A stretch of DNA of 63,250 bases, filler included, from Octopus bimaculoides (lineage: Eukaryota): the NCBI RefSeq assembly GCF_001194135.2. It is 7 parts of 6 records of this genome, joined end to end, with 100 filler letters (N's around TTAATTAATTAA, not from the genome) between each part and the next. Parts side by side here need not be neighbours in the genome. Positions count along the whole stretch, not along the records: positions 21,800 to 28,936 come from NC_069002.1; positions 29,037 to 32,348 come from NC_069003.1; positions 32,449 to 41,655 come from NC_068983.1; 4 more parts are not named here. One strand, given 5' to 3'. The position numbers and the translations under genes were made by a program. Every line of letters begins with the position of its first letter. The stretch's first letter is position 1. Positions 23,085 through 36,189 of this stretch are shown in pieces. Under the pieces are notes generated by a model. It was given only the letters and a program-made list of their open reading frames with translations, was not told the DNA's origin and did no database searches.

Positions 23085-24425
23085 AATTCCTCAACATTTA
23101 CGTTTTATAGATCTTCAAAGTATTTAGTAATCCTGCAGGTTGCTGGACCCTAAACTCCTACAGTATTGGGTTGTTACTCTAGATGGAAAAGGAGGGACTT
23201 TTGGCATTATGCAGTGGCGTCTTATTCAGAAGTTTGGTATAGCCTTTAATCCTAAAGTCAGATGCTAGACCCTGCATATCTTTCACATCTTAGTTCAATG
23301 GAGTCAAGCCTCATTTCTTTTAGCCCTACCCAGTAGCTTGTCATCTGTTTCACCAAGACAATCTTCTGGCTGTAATAGCAGTGGATTATCTCAAACACCA
23401 TTGTTAGTTTGATGCTATGTAATGGCCATACATAAACACAGTAGTCTAGATGTCTGACAACAAATGTTCTCCACAGAACCAACATGGTTTCCATTTTAAG
23501 TGTTTTGATTGATCTCAGAATCCAATCAGCCATTCACCTATGCATTGCCACCATTTTAGTAATATGCACACCAAATGATGCATCATTATCCATTTGCATT
23601 CCCAGGTTGTGCATTGACTGTGACGTCAAACTTGCAATACCTTATGGTCCTCTGTATTCTGATTGTAGTCTGTTTGTGGGCCAATAAAAGAGCACTTGAG
23701 AATTTTCAGCATTGAAGTGAATGTTGAGACCACTTGTATACTGTATACAGGTCTTTCTATAGTTGTGTGTTATCATCAGGGTCTCTGATTGCTTGTGCAT
23801 CACCAGCATAGTTAAGGAGAGTAGTTGTATTGGAAAATTACAAAAGTAGTAGTCCAAGTGCAGTTCCCTGAGGGACTCTGCTTAACATTGATGTTTCTTT
23901 AGAACAGTTGTTCTCAACCGGTGTCCATATGGCCCCTGAAGGTCCATATAAGATTTTTAGGGGTCCATACAATAAAATAGTAAATTGGAGATCAACAATA
24001 GTATTTTAAGAGCCCCTGAAAAAAATTTGCCTTAGATGTATGCATTGGTATGTTTTGCAAGAAATAGCCAGGTTTCTTACTCTAACATTTTAGATAGTTC
24101 AACCTATACAAGTTAATCTGTGAAAAACAAAATAGGCATTTTGAAAAATGTTTCTATAAAACTACTTTTTAAACATCGAATGGCTTATGGGGGCCCACTA
24201 TATTAAAATAGTAATCAAAGGGGTCCGTTGATTAAAGAATCATTGAGAAACCCTGCTTTAGAGCACTGTTGACTGCAACTAGCTGACTCTTACCTTTTAA
24301 AAAGTCCCACAACCACTCCCTTAGTTTTCCTCCTATGCTCAGATCATGCACTTTGTGACATTAACTTTATCAAAGTCAAGATATAACACATCCACATTTA
24401 TGTAACTGACATGTTGTTTCAATAC
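23085..24425 (-). mobile_element. Decayed CR1/L2-like LINE reverse transcriptase, interrupted by a hAT MITE
   Basis: Minus-strand motifs VDVLYLDFDK (about 24370), VPQGT (23870), NYAGDA for YADD, and MADWILRS...HLDYC..VW...ELRCERY (23258-23533). Confidence 0.8.
23905..24255. mobile_element. hAT (Buster/Charlie-like) MITE, 351 bp
   Basis: TIRs CAGTTGTTCTCAA / TTGAGAAACCCTG; 8-bp TSD CTTTAGAA (23897-23904) / CTTTAGAG (24256-24263) with central TA. Confidence 0.85.
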
Positions 24426-25059
24426 CTAATTTCAAAATGAATCCATTTGAGACAAAACTTCTTCCTAGACAGAAGCAATATTTTAGGCATCCATCAGTTA
24501 GAAAATATTAAAGTTCCAGTTATTTCCATTTATTTCTTACATATTCTTTTAGGTTCATGTTTCAACATCCACCTACAACCTACAATCATCTACACCCATC
24601 CTCACTCACAATTGTTCAGAATTTTTTGTATGACTGTAATCTTTCCTTCGATTGGTTGTTCACCTCTATGGCTGGAGAGAATTATCCCGCTTGTATCCAT
24701 ATTACTAATATTTGTTCTGTTAAAGGAAAAGAATAAAAATTATCCTTATGCATTTGGTAATTTTTTTTTCCTTTTGATTTTTCATTTAGTCATAAAGTCC
24801 TTAGCATTTGTATATAGCTGCTATTTCAATCTATTTAGATTTCTTCAGTATGACGTACTTAACCAGCAAGGATCTGTTAAACATTATAATTAAATATCTA
24901 CTTGGTAGCATCATCTGCTTCCCTCTTTTTGCCAATTTCTCTAAGCCTGTCTTTAATTATGTACCTATCTTTTAGCTCTGTTTACCTGTCATCTCATCTT
25001 CAGTGTTTCTGGGACCTTTCCCAGCCACACACATTTGCAAAACTCTGCATTATATTTAC

Positions 25060-25782
<723 letters not shown>

Positions 25783-26225
25783 ATGTGTGCAACATGGGGA
25801 TCTTATAATAAGATAAATGGCGCATAATCTTACATGTGGGGCTCACTTAGAATTTTCTTCAGGTCAAGTAGCCCATCCGGCTTAAGGTCCCTGAATAAGG
25901 GTTGTTTAAGGATGTTGAATGAAACACTCATGTTTCCAGAGGTGAATTATACAAACCCCAAAGAATTCCTCTCGACACATGGCTATGATGCTCCCTCGCT
26001 ACTTTCGCTTGTGATCAGAGATACACATATCGTCAGCCACTGGGGGACATGCACAACTGGTTAAAATCAAACAATTGGCAAGCAAATCTATGCTATTGAG
26101 CAGAATATTTGCTGTAGCCCATCTTTTATACCAAGACAAAACAATGTACATAATAACACTTCCAACCAGTTAAGATCAAAAACCACGAGAGCCACTGCCT
26201 GGTACTACATCAGGGCATTATTATT
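25783..26225 (+). repeat. Unclassified interspersed element with (ATT/ACT)n tail interrupting a SINE
   Basis: Begins right after the truncated SINE core at AAGTACC and ends GGTACTACATCAGGGC-(ATT)n; only one copy in window. Confidence 0.4.
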
Positions 26226-26227
26226 AT

Positions 26228-26271
<44 letters not shown>

Positions 26272-27954
26272 TTACTACTACTACTATTATTATTATTATT
26301 ATTAAATAAAGAAATCTTTATTCACACCGTTACTGTCTGTAGTAAATGCGTCCAGTCTGTCACTAGAAATATCTGCCACCATTTCCTGGCTTGTTCACAC
26401 CACTCTCTCTTTGTTTTGGATTTCTTTGAAATACCTGGAAGCTATTTCATCATATTTTGTTGACACAGATGGTAACCATTTCTCACTGAACCTCTTCCCA
26501 CCATCCCTAGCCACACACACATACACTGTACTCACAGCTGCAGGCGCAGGTCCACACAAGCAGACACACATATGCAAATACTTCTCAGCTTGCATCTCAC
26601 ACACACACCAGATGTATGCACACATTTGTGTGACTAAAATGAACTATGTCACACGTCACCAGAGAGGTAGTGTTTGCTTTCTGTTACTTGAAAAACTTGC
26701 AAATCACAAAATTAAACAATTAAAAGCTTCACACGTCTTAATTTCTCATTAAATATTTGTCAGAAAGTGAAGAGAAAGAAAATAGAAAAGATATAAATAC
26801 ACAAAAATGAATTATTCAAGTGTATGTTTAAAAATAAACTGTCAGTCGACTTGACTTCTTTACAACATGCTATATTGATGTTTAAATTCTCTCCATTTAA
26901 GAACACAGAGATCTCACTTTAAGTGGAAACTGTGTCAAAGACAAACTTTGGGGAGTGTGATGATGTTGCGGAAATCTGATCTGATTGTAGGAATGTGACA
27001 AGGTTGCAAAAAATACAAGGACAATTTTGACACCTCAACAAATAAGTGAAGAAGGACTTTAAAGATTTTCCTGTGTTCTTGACACTACCCTTGGTGCCTT
27101 TGTTACAATGAATTTCCAAAATAATGAAGAATTTAGTAAAATAATTTTGTTATCATTAAACTGGTGTTTGGAGCAAATTAAGACGAAATGTTAATGGAAT
27201 TTTTTTAATTATCTTATCTTAGCTTAATTTAGTGGACTCAGCTCTGAAGTCTGAGAATAACTTGTTCCTCTTCTTACTCTTCTCCAACCTGCCTCAGCGG
27301 ACCTGAAGACTGTCATGAGCGTTGTCCCTCCTTCACTGGCGAAACCAAAAACAAAGACATTTTAAAATTGTCTTGATCCACTATACAAAGACAGACTCTT
27401 CATTGATGGGCATTAATGGATTAAAGGATTCATTATTTGACTGATTTCATTAAAGAATACTTTATTACTTCAGAAATGGATATAGGGCAAAGTTGACATC
27501 AGCTGGATTTGAACTCAGCATGCAGTGTCAAGCCACGATTATGAGCTACTGTTACTCTCTCACTCTTTCTCTTTCTCTTCCTCCTCCCCCCGTCCACCTG
27601 TTACATTTTTACTGGGTCAAGAGTGGGAAGGTGAAGAGGGAGTCAGTGTCACCTTGTCCCAAACAGACACTTGAAGACCATTAAGAAAGGCATGGCACAA
27701 GCTGATACCAAATCAGTGTTAATAGAAAGCAATGCCAGTCTTATGCTATCATTATGAAACTAAGAGAGCCAACCCATAGCTGTGTCATGGAGATAACATC
27801 AGTAATCATTCTTTGGGGTCAGATATTATTTGTTTCTTTTATTAGGGGCTGCGACCTTAATCTTTACTGATTCTTCTAAACCAATTACCTATAAAATTTT
27901 ATAGCATGCTGATTACTTGATAAAAATCATTAACATGATTTTTATCCTTATATT

Positions 27955-28420
27955 CTAGGAAATGTTTAGGCGATGACTACTGACCGAGACCTTTGGAAAT
28001 GTGCTGTGCGTGAGAAGACCCGGCAAGCCAAGTGAGATCGTTGCCAGGGCCCCTGGACTGGCTCTTGTGCGAGTGGCACATAAGATGTACCATCCTGAGC
28101 GCGACCGTTGCCAGTACCGCCTGACTGGCCTTGTAGGGTTTTCGAGCGAGATCATTGCCAGTGCCCCTGGACTGGCTCTTGTGCGGGTGGCACATAAAAG
28201 ACACCATTTTGAGCGTGGCCGTTTTCGTGCGGGTGACACGTAAAAGCACCCACTACACTCTCTGAGTGGTTGGCGTTAGGAAGGGCATCCAGCTGGAGAA
28301 ACTCTGCCAAATTAGATTGGAGCCTGGTGTAGCCATCCGGTTGCACCAGTCCTCAGTCAAATTGTCCAACCCATGCTAGCATGGAAAGCGGACGTTAAAC
28401 GATGATGATGATGATGATGA
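27955..28420 (+). mobile_element. 3' end of an RTE-type LINE (ORF C-terminus, 3'UTR with internal duplications, (GAT)n tail)
   Basis: Reads AMTTDRDLWKCAVREKTRQAK*; UTR ends TCCAACCCATGCTAGCATGGAAAGCGGACGTTAAACGATGATGAT; the same tail recurs as short fragments at about 4975-5175, 5640-5795(-), 6035-6132, 9225-9340, 11490-11660(-), 13098-13290(-), 21950-22030. Confidence 0.75.
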
Positions 28421-28644
28421 TATATATATATATACATACACACACACACACACCCACGTATATCTACATTCATACATATATATGAATATGTGTATAATTA
28501 ATTCAACATACTGCCAGGTGTATACCCAAGCTCTAATTAACAACAACAACACACACACACACACATATATATGATAATAATACTAATATTGTATACAACT
28601 TGAAATGTTTGCCTTGCCTTAATGTTTGCTGTCTTGTTTAACAA

Positions 28645-28936
28645 TTTTATATATGCCCAGAATTAGACAGGCTTGGAGAAGAAGGGTGTGGAAGCTTAAA
28701 GACCCTGCAAACGGACAGAGACTTAGAGACAAGTTACTTGAAGCATTTAACGAAATAGAAGGGGATATAGCATCATACAACGTGGAAGACAATTGGAGAT
28801 TTCTGCGGGACAACCTGTTGAAAGCCACCGACCAGATTTGTGGGTGGTGTAAGGTCCCCTCCCAACCCAGAGTAACGTGGTGGTGGAACAAGGAGGTAGA
28901 CAGGGCTATTAGACAAAAGAAACAAGCTTGGAAGGA
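28645..28936 (+). mobile_element. LINE ORF2 fragment between endonuclease and RT (RTE/CR1-type)
   Basis: RRVWKLKDP...NWRFLRDNLLKATDQICGW...TWWWNKEVDRAIRQKKQAWK, intact frame truncated by a gap. Confidence 0.85.
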
Positions 28937-29036
28937 NNNNNNNNNNNNNNNNNNNNNNNNNNNNNNNNNNNNNNNNNNNNTTAATTAATTAANNNNNNNN
29001 NNNNNNNNNNNNNNNNNNNNNNNNNNNNNNNNNNNN

Positions 29037-29142
29037 GTTTTTTAGCATTGAGCTCTGTTTTTAGTATTGATCTAACTCGTCTATAGTACTCTTTCTTTAT
29101 TTTTTCTTTCATTTGTGTATGTTGTATCCTATCTAGTTCATT
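29037..29142 (-). mobile_element. R4/Dong-like non-LTR retrotransposon RT fragment
   Basis: IQHTQMKEKIKKEYYRRVRSILKTELNAK. Confidence 0.75.
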
Positions 29143-29150
29143 GATTATTA

Positions 29151-29190
<40 letters not shown>

Positions 29191-29211
29191 CATTATTATT
29201 ATTATTATTAT

Positions 29212-29826
29212 TTACTTTTAATCTGCACTCGCCCAGTGCTCTAGAGCGAGTGAAGGATAAGGGATGTTACAGTATGACTGAAAGCTTGGGGAGGGAAGGT
29301 GGCAGGGGCAGTTGCGAAATAACTTCATGTAATACAACACAAACACCTAAATTGATAGCGTTTTTTCTAAGGAAATGGGCAGTACTTGTTGCACAATCTT
29401 TTGGATATCTCTGACACATGATTCTCTTGGGATATTATCTAGATGCTTTTAACATCCCTTCCTTATCATACCTAGGACACCCACAATAACAGGAACAATT
29501 CTCACTTTAAAATGCCACATCTTTTGTATTTCAATTTCCAGGTCTTTATATTTACTTATATTTATTCTTTCTGTCTAAGCTGTTTAGTTCGTCTACTGTC
29601 CATGCGATTACCCCTACTCCATATCTAAGGAGTGAAACCACCCAGGTGTTGATACCTTCGATCTTATTCAGTCCATTTAATTTCGACTTAAGGGTCAGTC
29701 TCAGTCTGCGCAAGTGCTCCGTCTTAAATTTTTCTGTCATTTCTTTCTCCATCAATTTATCCATTTCCAGTATCCCCCAGTACCTATAGCCCGTCTCTTC
29801 TATCTGCTTCATAAACTCCCCCGACG

Positions 29827-29827
<1 letters not shown>
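29212..29827 (-). mobile_element. R4/Dong-like element, internally deleted, with 3'UTR and (AAT)n tail
   Basis: GYRYWGILE...LKSKLNGLNKIEGINTWVVSLLRYG...SLDRK fused to KYKDLEIEIQKMW...VPVIVGVLG...KIV..TSTAHFLRK. Confidence 0.8.
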
Positions 29828-29900
<73 letters not shown>

Positions 29901-30293
29901 GCCTTTGCACAGCTTCTAACGCTGGAGATGTACTACAGTGTGAGCTGTTCACTACCAGTGAACTATTTTTCGAGCACCTTTCGTAGTATTCAAGCGGCTC
30001 CAAGCAGTACTGTTTTCTGCAAGTGCTCTACCTTTATTGTTCCACGTACCTCTCGAGATTTTTGCTCACTGTTCCCAGGTCTCCGACAATTATTGGTACT
30101 ACTGTTACCTTTTTCATCGACCACAACTGCTTAACTTCCCAAGTTAACCTGTCATATCTCTCGACCTTTCTTTCTTCCCTATCGCACACCTTGTTGTCAG
30201 CTGAGCATGTTATATCTATGATCCAGTATAGTTAGTTTTCTTTCTCAATTATATCCGGCTTCCTATTGTCAATCGCATGGTCGCACTGTATCA
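29901..30293 (-). mobile_element. R4/Dong-like 3' fragment with restriction-like endonuclease motif
   Basis: IQCDHAIDNRKPDII...IIDITCSADNKV...KVERYDRL.WEVKQLW..KKVTVVPIIVGDLG (PD..D REL motif). Confidence 0.8.
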
Positions 30294-30295
30294 TA

Positions 30296-30326
<31 letters not shown>

Positions 30327-30330
30327 TATT

Positions 30331-30543
30331 CCTTCGTAACACAGTGTTGGTAAAAATGCACCGGAGTCTTTAGTCATTTGTCAAGTCACAACAAGGAACT
30401 CAGACACATAATACTGTCCTTAATATGTGGATTGATAGTGTCTTGCGTAGGGTCTGGGCTGTTCCTAGCAGGACTATTTTTTGGACGGTTTGTAGTGTTG
30501 AGGATCCAGGTATAGCTTCTACGTTTTGTTCATATTTAAATTT
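30331..30543 (-). mobile_element. R4/Dong-like extreme 3' fragment, another subfamily
   Basis: IPGSSTLQTVQKIVLLGTAQTLRKTLSI then UTR and (AAT)n tail. Confidence 0.7.
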
Positions 30544-30936
30544 TGTTTGTTTGTATGTATGTGTCGTGTAGGTATTATTTATGTTACTTATAAATATTGA
30601 AAGGTGAATAAGTATACATGGACAGTTGCATATATGGGTAAATATTACATTTACGTGCTTACTGTGTAATTGGTGTGTTTTTCCAGTGTTCCTGGTACTG
30701 GTTTAGACTTTTACCGCATGTCCCATTAAGATACCGCACATTTGAAAAAGTAGCTACACTTCATATAACAAAAATCTTTCCGAATTTTAGCTGCTTCGCT
30801 TTTACAGAACTTTGCACATAGCTGTATTGCGAAGTTTTCCTTCCACGGCACCGATGTGACTGGATTAAGTTTGTTTTGTGGAGCGAGTATCTTAGTGTAT
30901 GTACATGTTGTTATTTAACCCGGAACTCTTCCCTTA

Positions 30937-31019
<83 letters not shown>

Positions 31020-31704
31020 NNNNNNNNNNNNNNNNNNNNNNNNNNNNNNNNNNNNNNNNNNNNNNNNNNNNNNNNNNNNNNNNNNNNNNNNNNNNNNNNN
31101 NNNNNNNNNNNNNNNNNNNNNNNNNNNNNNNNNNNNNNNNNNNNNNNNNNNNNNNNNNNNNNNNNNNNNNNNNNNNNNNNNNNNNNNNNNNNNNNNNNNN
31201 NNNNNNNNNNNNNNNNNNNNNNNNNNNNNNNNNNNNNNNNNNNNNNNNNNNNNNNNNNNNNNNNNNNNNNNNNNNNNNNNNNNNNNNNNNNNNNNNNNNN
31301 NNNNNNNNNNNNNNNNNNNNNNNNNNNNNNNNNNNNNNNNNNNNNNNNNNNNNNNNNNNNNNNNNNNNNNNNNNNNNNNNNNNNNNNNNNNNNNNNNNNN
31401 NNNNNNNNNNNNNNNNNNNNNNNNNNNNNNNNNNNNNNNNNNNNNNNNNNNNNNNNNNNNNNNNNNNNNNNNNNNNNNNNNNNNNNNNNNNNNNNNNNNN
31501 NNNNNNNNNNNNNNNNNNNNNNNNNNNNNNNNNNNNNNNNNNNNNNNNNNNNNNNNNNNNNNNNNNNNNNNNNNNNNNNNNNNNNNNNNNNNNNNNNNNN
31601 NNNNNNNNNNNNNNNNNNNNNNNNNNNNNNNNNNNNNNNNNNNNNNNNNNNNNNNNNNNNNNNNNNNNNNNNNNNNNNNNNNNNNNNNNNNNNNNNNNNN
31701 NNNN

Positions 31705-31760
<56 letters not shown>

Positions 31761-33414
31761 CATTCTTCTTCTTCCTTTCATTATAATTATTGTTATTGTT
31801 ATGATTATTATTATTATTAGCAGAATAATTTGTCTGCCAAAGAAAAACTTTCGGTATTTGTTCCGTTTCTTTGCATTCGGAGTTCAAATCAAGCCCATAT
31901 GAATATCGATTACATTTTTCCAGCGTCGATAAAATGTGTTGCCAATGGAGTACAGAGATCGATAGTGGAGACATCACTTCCTCTAAAATGTTATCAACTT
32001 CTTCCTGAATTACTAACAAATCTTAGCGGGATGAGGTGGTGCAGAATCGGCAGAGAGCAAGAAAATAGTTACTGTGGAAAATAGTGATGAATAAACCTTA
32101 ATTTGCAACAGCTGATAATATAAAATAGATGAAGTTGACCATTTTTATATGTGTGTGTATGCGTGTGTGTGTATGCGTGTGTGTGTATGCGTGTGTGTGT
32201 GAATATATATGTATATATGTATATATGTGTGTGTATGTGTGTGTGTGTTTTTGTGTGCGTACGTGTGTAAGTGTAACTACATATGTATATAATATGTATA
32301 TATAAATATATATACACTTGCATACGTATATATATATATATATATATGNNNNNNNNNNNNNNNNNNNNNNNNNNNNNNNNNNNNNNNNNNNNTTAATTAA
32401 TTAANNNNNNNNNNNNNNNNNNNNNNNNNNNNNNNNNNNNNNNNNNNNATATATACGACGGGCTTTTTTTAGTTTCCGTGTACCAAATCCACTCACAAGG
32501 CTTTGGTCGGCCCGAGGCTATAGTAGAAGACACTTGAACAAGGTGCCATGCAGTGAGACTGAAACCGGAACCATGTGGTTCGTAAGCAAGCTACTTGCCA
32601 CACAGCTACCCTTGCATGCATACATACATACATACATACATACATGTGTGTGTGTGTGTACGTGCGTGTATGTGTACTTGTTTAGATGTCTATACACCAC
32701 ACGCTTACACCTACACACTTGCGTACACACACGTATGTGTACATGAATGATTAGAGAACATTGAGCCTCATTTGTTCGTTGTATGTTAAATAGGAACAGA
32801 TTGACAACAGGAGAGGGAGGGTGCGAGGGAGGGTGCGAGGGAGTGAGGGAGGGAGTACGGACGCGTCAGAGCGGCAGAGATGTGATAAGAAAGGGATTAA
32901 ATGAAAAGCGGGAACAGAATAGAGATAAAGACAAAGTGAAAGGAAGAGAAAGAGAGAAAAAGAGACACACACACAATAAGAAGGAAATGAGATGAGAATG
33001 GGTTTTAAGTCAGAACAGCCTGAATAAAAGGAATACGAATAGCGTTCTGCGCTTCTCCTTCATCATTTGCATGCATGTATGGTTCCATTTTAACCCGGCT
33101 AGTTTATGTCTCGCATAATCCTTAGCCAACAGCTTAAACAATTTTAAAATTGACTTCCATTTTGTTTTTGCAAATCTTTCCCAATCATCCTCTCTGCTTT
33201 GCTGTTTGTAGAATACTAAAAGCGCCTTTTGTTATTCCGTGTTCCAACTCGGGCGTATGATGTGACTAAGCTAGCCGAAATGCGTCTTAATGAATTTTAT
33301 TTATTTATTCATTTATTTATTTATCTATTTATTTATTTATCTATCTATTTATTTATTTAATTTTCGTTTTGAATAACTTTGCGTTTCAATGCATTGATTT
33401 ATTATGAATCGACT

Positions 33415-33440
33415 AGCATTATTATTATTATTATTACTAA

Positions 33441-33472
<32 letters not shown>

Positions 33473-33514
33473 TCATTATTATTATTATTATTATTATCAT
33501 TATTATTGTTGTTA

Positions 33515-33598
<84 letters not shown>

Positions 33599-33625
33599 TC
33601 ATTATTATTATTATTATTATTACTA
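33415..33625. repeat. Compound (ATT)n/(AGT)n microsatellite
   Basis: Directly visible. Confidence 0.95.
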
Positions 33626-33992
33626 ATGGCTTCGCGGCATGCCAGATGAAGATGTCATATGAAATTGCTGAAGCTTTACCATTAATGCATTTCTTGTAAG
33701 CAGCAGACTATCGCAATATTTTGAAACAGTAAATAGTAAACTGGGAACCACAGAGCCATGATGCTAGTTCCTTTGTGTCTGCTAATTATGAGGAAGGGTA
33801 GCACACCCTCGAGCAACTATGTTATCAGGTCCTTGACGCCACAGAGCTTCCACACCCCTCCCCCCTCCCCACTGCCTGCGCATGGTAGTTTTAAAATGAG
33901 TCAGTCTACGCAAGCCGATCCCTTGGTGGTCTGACCACAGTTGCTCGGCGTGCAAAGACGGCTGCGGTGACCAGAAACCCGTAGGATTTCGA

Positions 33993-34440
33993 AGGCGGCG
34001 AGCTGGCAGAAACGTTAGCACGCCGGGCGAAATGCTTAGCGTTATTTCGTCTGCCGCTGCGTTCNNNNNNNNNNNNNNNNNNNNNNNNNNNNNNNNNNNN
34101 NNNNNNNNNNNNNNNNNNNNNNNNNNNNNNNNNNNNNNNNNNNNNNNNNNNNNNNNNNNNNNNNNNNNNNNNNNNNNNNNNNNNNNNNNNNNNNNNNNNN
34201 NNNNNNNNNNNNNNNNNNNNNNNNNNNNNNNNNNNNNNNNNNNNNNNNNNNNNNNNNNNNNNNNNNNNNNNNNNNNNNNNNNNNNNNNNNNNNNNNNNNN
34301 NNNNNNNNNNNNNNNNNNNNNNNNNNNNNNNNNNNNNNNNNNNNNNNNNNNNNNNNNNNNNNNNNNNNNNNNNNNNNNTGTCAGTCCTTGTTTGTCCCCC
34401 TCTGTGTGTAGCCCCTCGTGCGCAGTAAAGAAATAAGAAA
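33993..34440 (+). mobile_element. Family A SINE spanning an N gap
   Basis: Near-consensus head GAAGGCGGCGAGCTGGCAGAAACGTTAGCACGCCGGGCG and tail TAGCCCCTCGTG...AAAGAAATAAGAAA. Confidence 0.8.
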
Positions 34441-34830
34441 GCCGTAGGATTTTTACATTGAAGTAGCTTTCTCCAAGGTAAATTGTTTTTCAGGGTTGGA
34501 GAGCTGCGCCAACTCCGGAGTTGGCTAGAAGGGTTTAAAACGGGACGCGCCTCCCTCAGACGGACTTCACTCTTTGATTTGCTACGAAGTTTCATTTCCC
34601 GAGACTTTTTTCCTTTGCGAAGGTACTCACACAACACAGAGCAATAATATGCTTAGAAATCTCGGGTGGGGAATGTTTTGCAGATAATCTTTTACAAAGA
34701 TTTTGATGGCTTATCGAATGTTTATAAGAATATGAGAGAACTGCACACGAGACGTGACATCAGAACAAATCTGGCAACGTTTACCATAACATACGGCTCG
34801 CAATCAACAGATGCAAGTTGTTTCGTGGGC

Positions 34831-34877
<47 letters not shown>

Positions 34878-35230
34878 GTTATTATTATTATTATGTATGA
34901 TTTTTTTTCAATATTATTATACTTATGAAAATATCTTGTTTTTGTTTGTTGGAGAGAGGTCGATTTTTATCGTTTTTATTTTTATAGAAAATGTTTAAAG
35001 GTTTTTTCATTTTCGTTTTTAGAGTAAATGTTTTGCCAGAAAAGTCGATTATGCTTTTTGAATATATTCCAAATTGTTAGCAAACAGTGTACAGTCAGTC
35101 GATCTGCCTAAGTTTCAACTAAGTGCCTTGAACTTTTCCAATGTCATATAGAAAGGAAAAAAAATGATAAATAAAAATAAAGCAAGAAAATTACATCATT
35201 TTTAGTAAAATCGTGTTATAACTTTCTTAC

Positions 35231-35330
35231 CTTCAAAACACGTGTTGGAGCAACGAAATGGAAAAAATAAATAGCATTAATTTTGACTGGTCGTGTGGGG
35301 GTCGTCACGCAACACCTCGTGTATCATTTA
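35231..35330 (-). other. IRF: Candidate non-coding first exon of the IRF gene
   Basis: Consensus donor AAG|GTAAGA at 35231/35230 in unique CpG-containing sequence; the IRF ATG exon has only 1 nt of UTR so an upstream exon must exist. Upper coordinate approximate. Confidence 0.35.
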
Positions 35331-35406
35331 TTGCACGAGAAATATTAACATGAATACCATGTAATAAAAATGTAACCCCATTTTGCTATGAAATACAAAA
35401 AGCAGC

Positions 35407-35439
<33 letters not shown>

Positions 35440-35624
35440 AAGAGCAGTTGTCTTATTTCATGCACATCTATAGACGCATATACGCACACACATACGCACA
35501 CGCACAAACAGATGCATACACGCACATACTTGTACGCACTTATATACACACATATATATGCAAACGCGAACACACTCGTTGCATACACACACACATGCAT
35601 ATACATATATATATAGGCGCAGGC

Positions 35625-36006
35625 GTGGCTATGTGTTAAGAAGTTTGTTTTTCGACTACATGATTCCGGGTTCAGTCGCATTACGAGGTACCTTGGGCAA
35701 GTGTCGTCTACTATAGCCTCGATCCGAGCAAAGCCTTGTGAGCGAATTTGGTGGACGGAAACTGAAAGAAGCCCGTCATATACATGTGTGTGTGTGTGTG
35801 TGCGTTTGTGCGTCCTTGTGTTTGTCTCCCACCACCTCTTGACAACCGGCGTTGGTGTGTTTATGTCCCCGTAACTTAACGGTTCAACAAAAGAAACCGA
35901 TATAGTCTCTTTAAAAAATAAGTACTGGGGTCGATTCATTTGACTGCAAATTCTTCAACGTGGTGCCCCAGCATGGCCGCAGTCGAGTAACTGAAACAAG
36001 TAAAAG
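35625..36006 (+). mobile_element. tRNA-derived CORE-like SINE with internal (TG)n, family D, full length
   Basis: GGCGTGGCT head, CCTTGGGCAAGTGTC, GGAAACTGAAAGAAGCCCGTC-(TG)n, tail CCCCAGCATGGCCGCAG...ACTGAAACAAGTAAAAG. Confidence 0.8.
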
Positions 36007-36189
36007 CTAGAAGATATGTATGTATGTATGTATGTATGTCATTATTCAGTTTATTTCAAGATTTCTTGCCAATAGAGAAAGAACCGGTTTCTAACCCAGA
36101 TCCAAGGCTCCGTCATTGGAATTTCAACATCAACAAGAAAGTATTTTTGTATGTATGTATGTATGTATGTATGTATGTATGTACGTATC

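Noticed and set aside
27955-28260. Spaced direct repeats that superficially resemble a CRISPR array
   Set aside because: Internal duplications of a LINE 3'UTR in a eukaryotic genome; only two long units, no cas genes.
30720-33290. Apparent similarity between 30720-30880 and 33150-33290, and a WKENF motif recalling IRF WKANF
   Set aside because: Only short words (GATGTGACT, AAATCTTTCC) match; no splice sites or further DBD residues, so no second IRF is supportable.
33906-34637. Basic ORF MLCEYLRKGKKSREMKLRSK...
   Set aside because: Begins across a putative donor, runs into a SINE and gap, no recognisable family.
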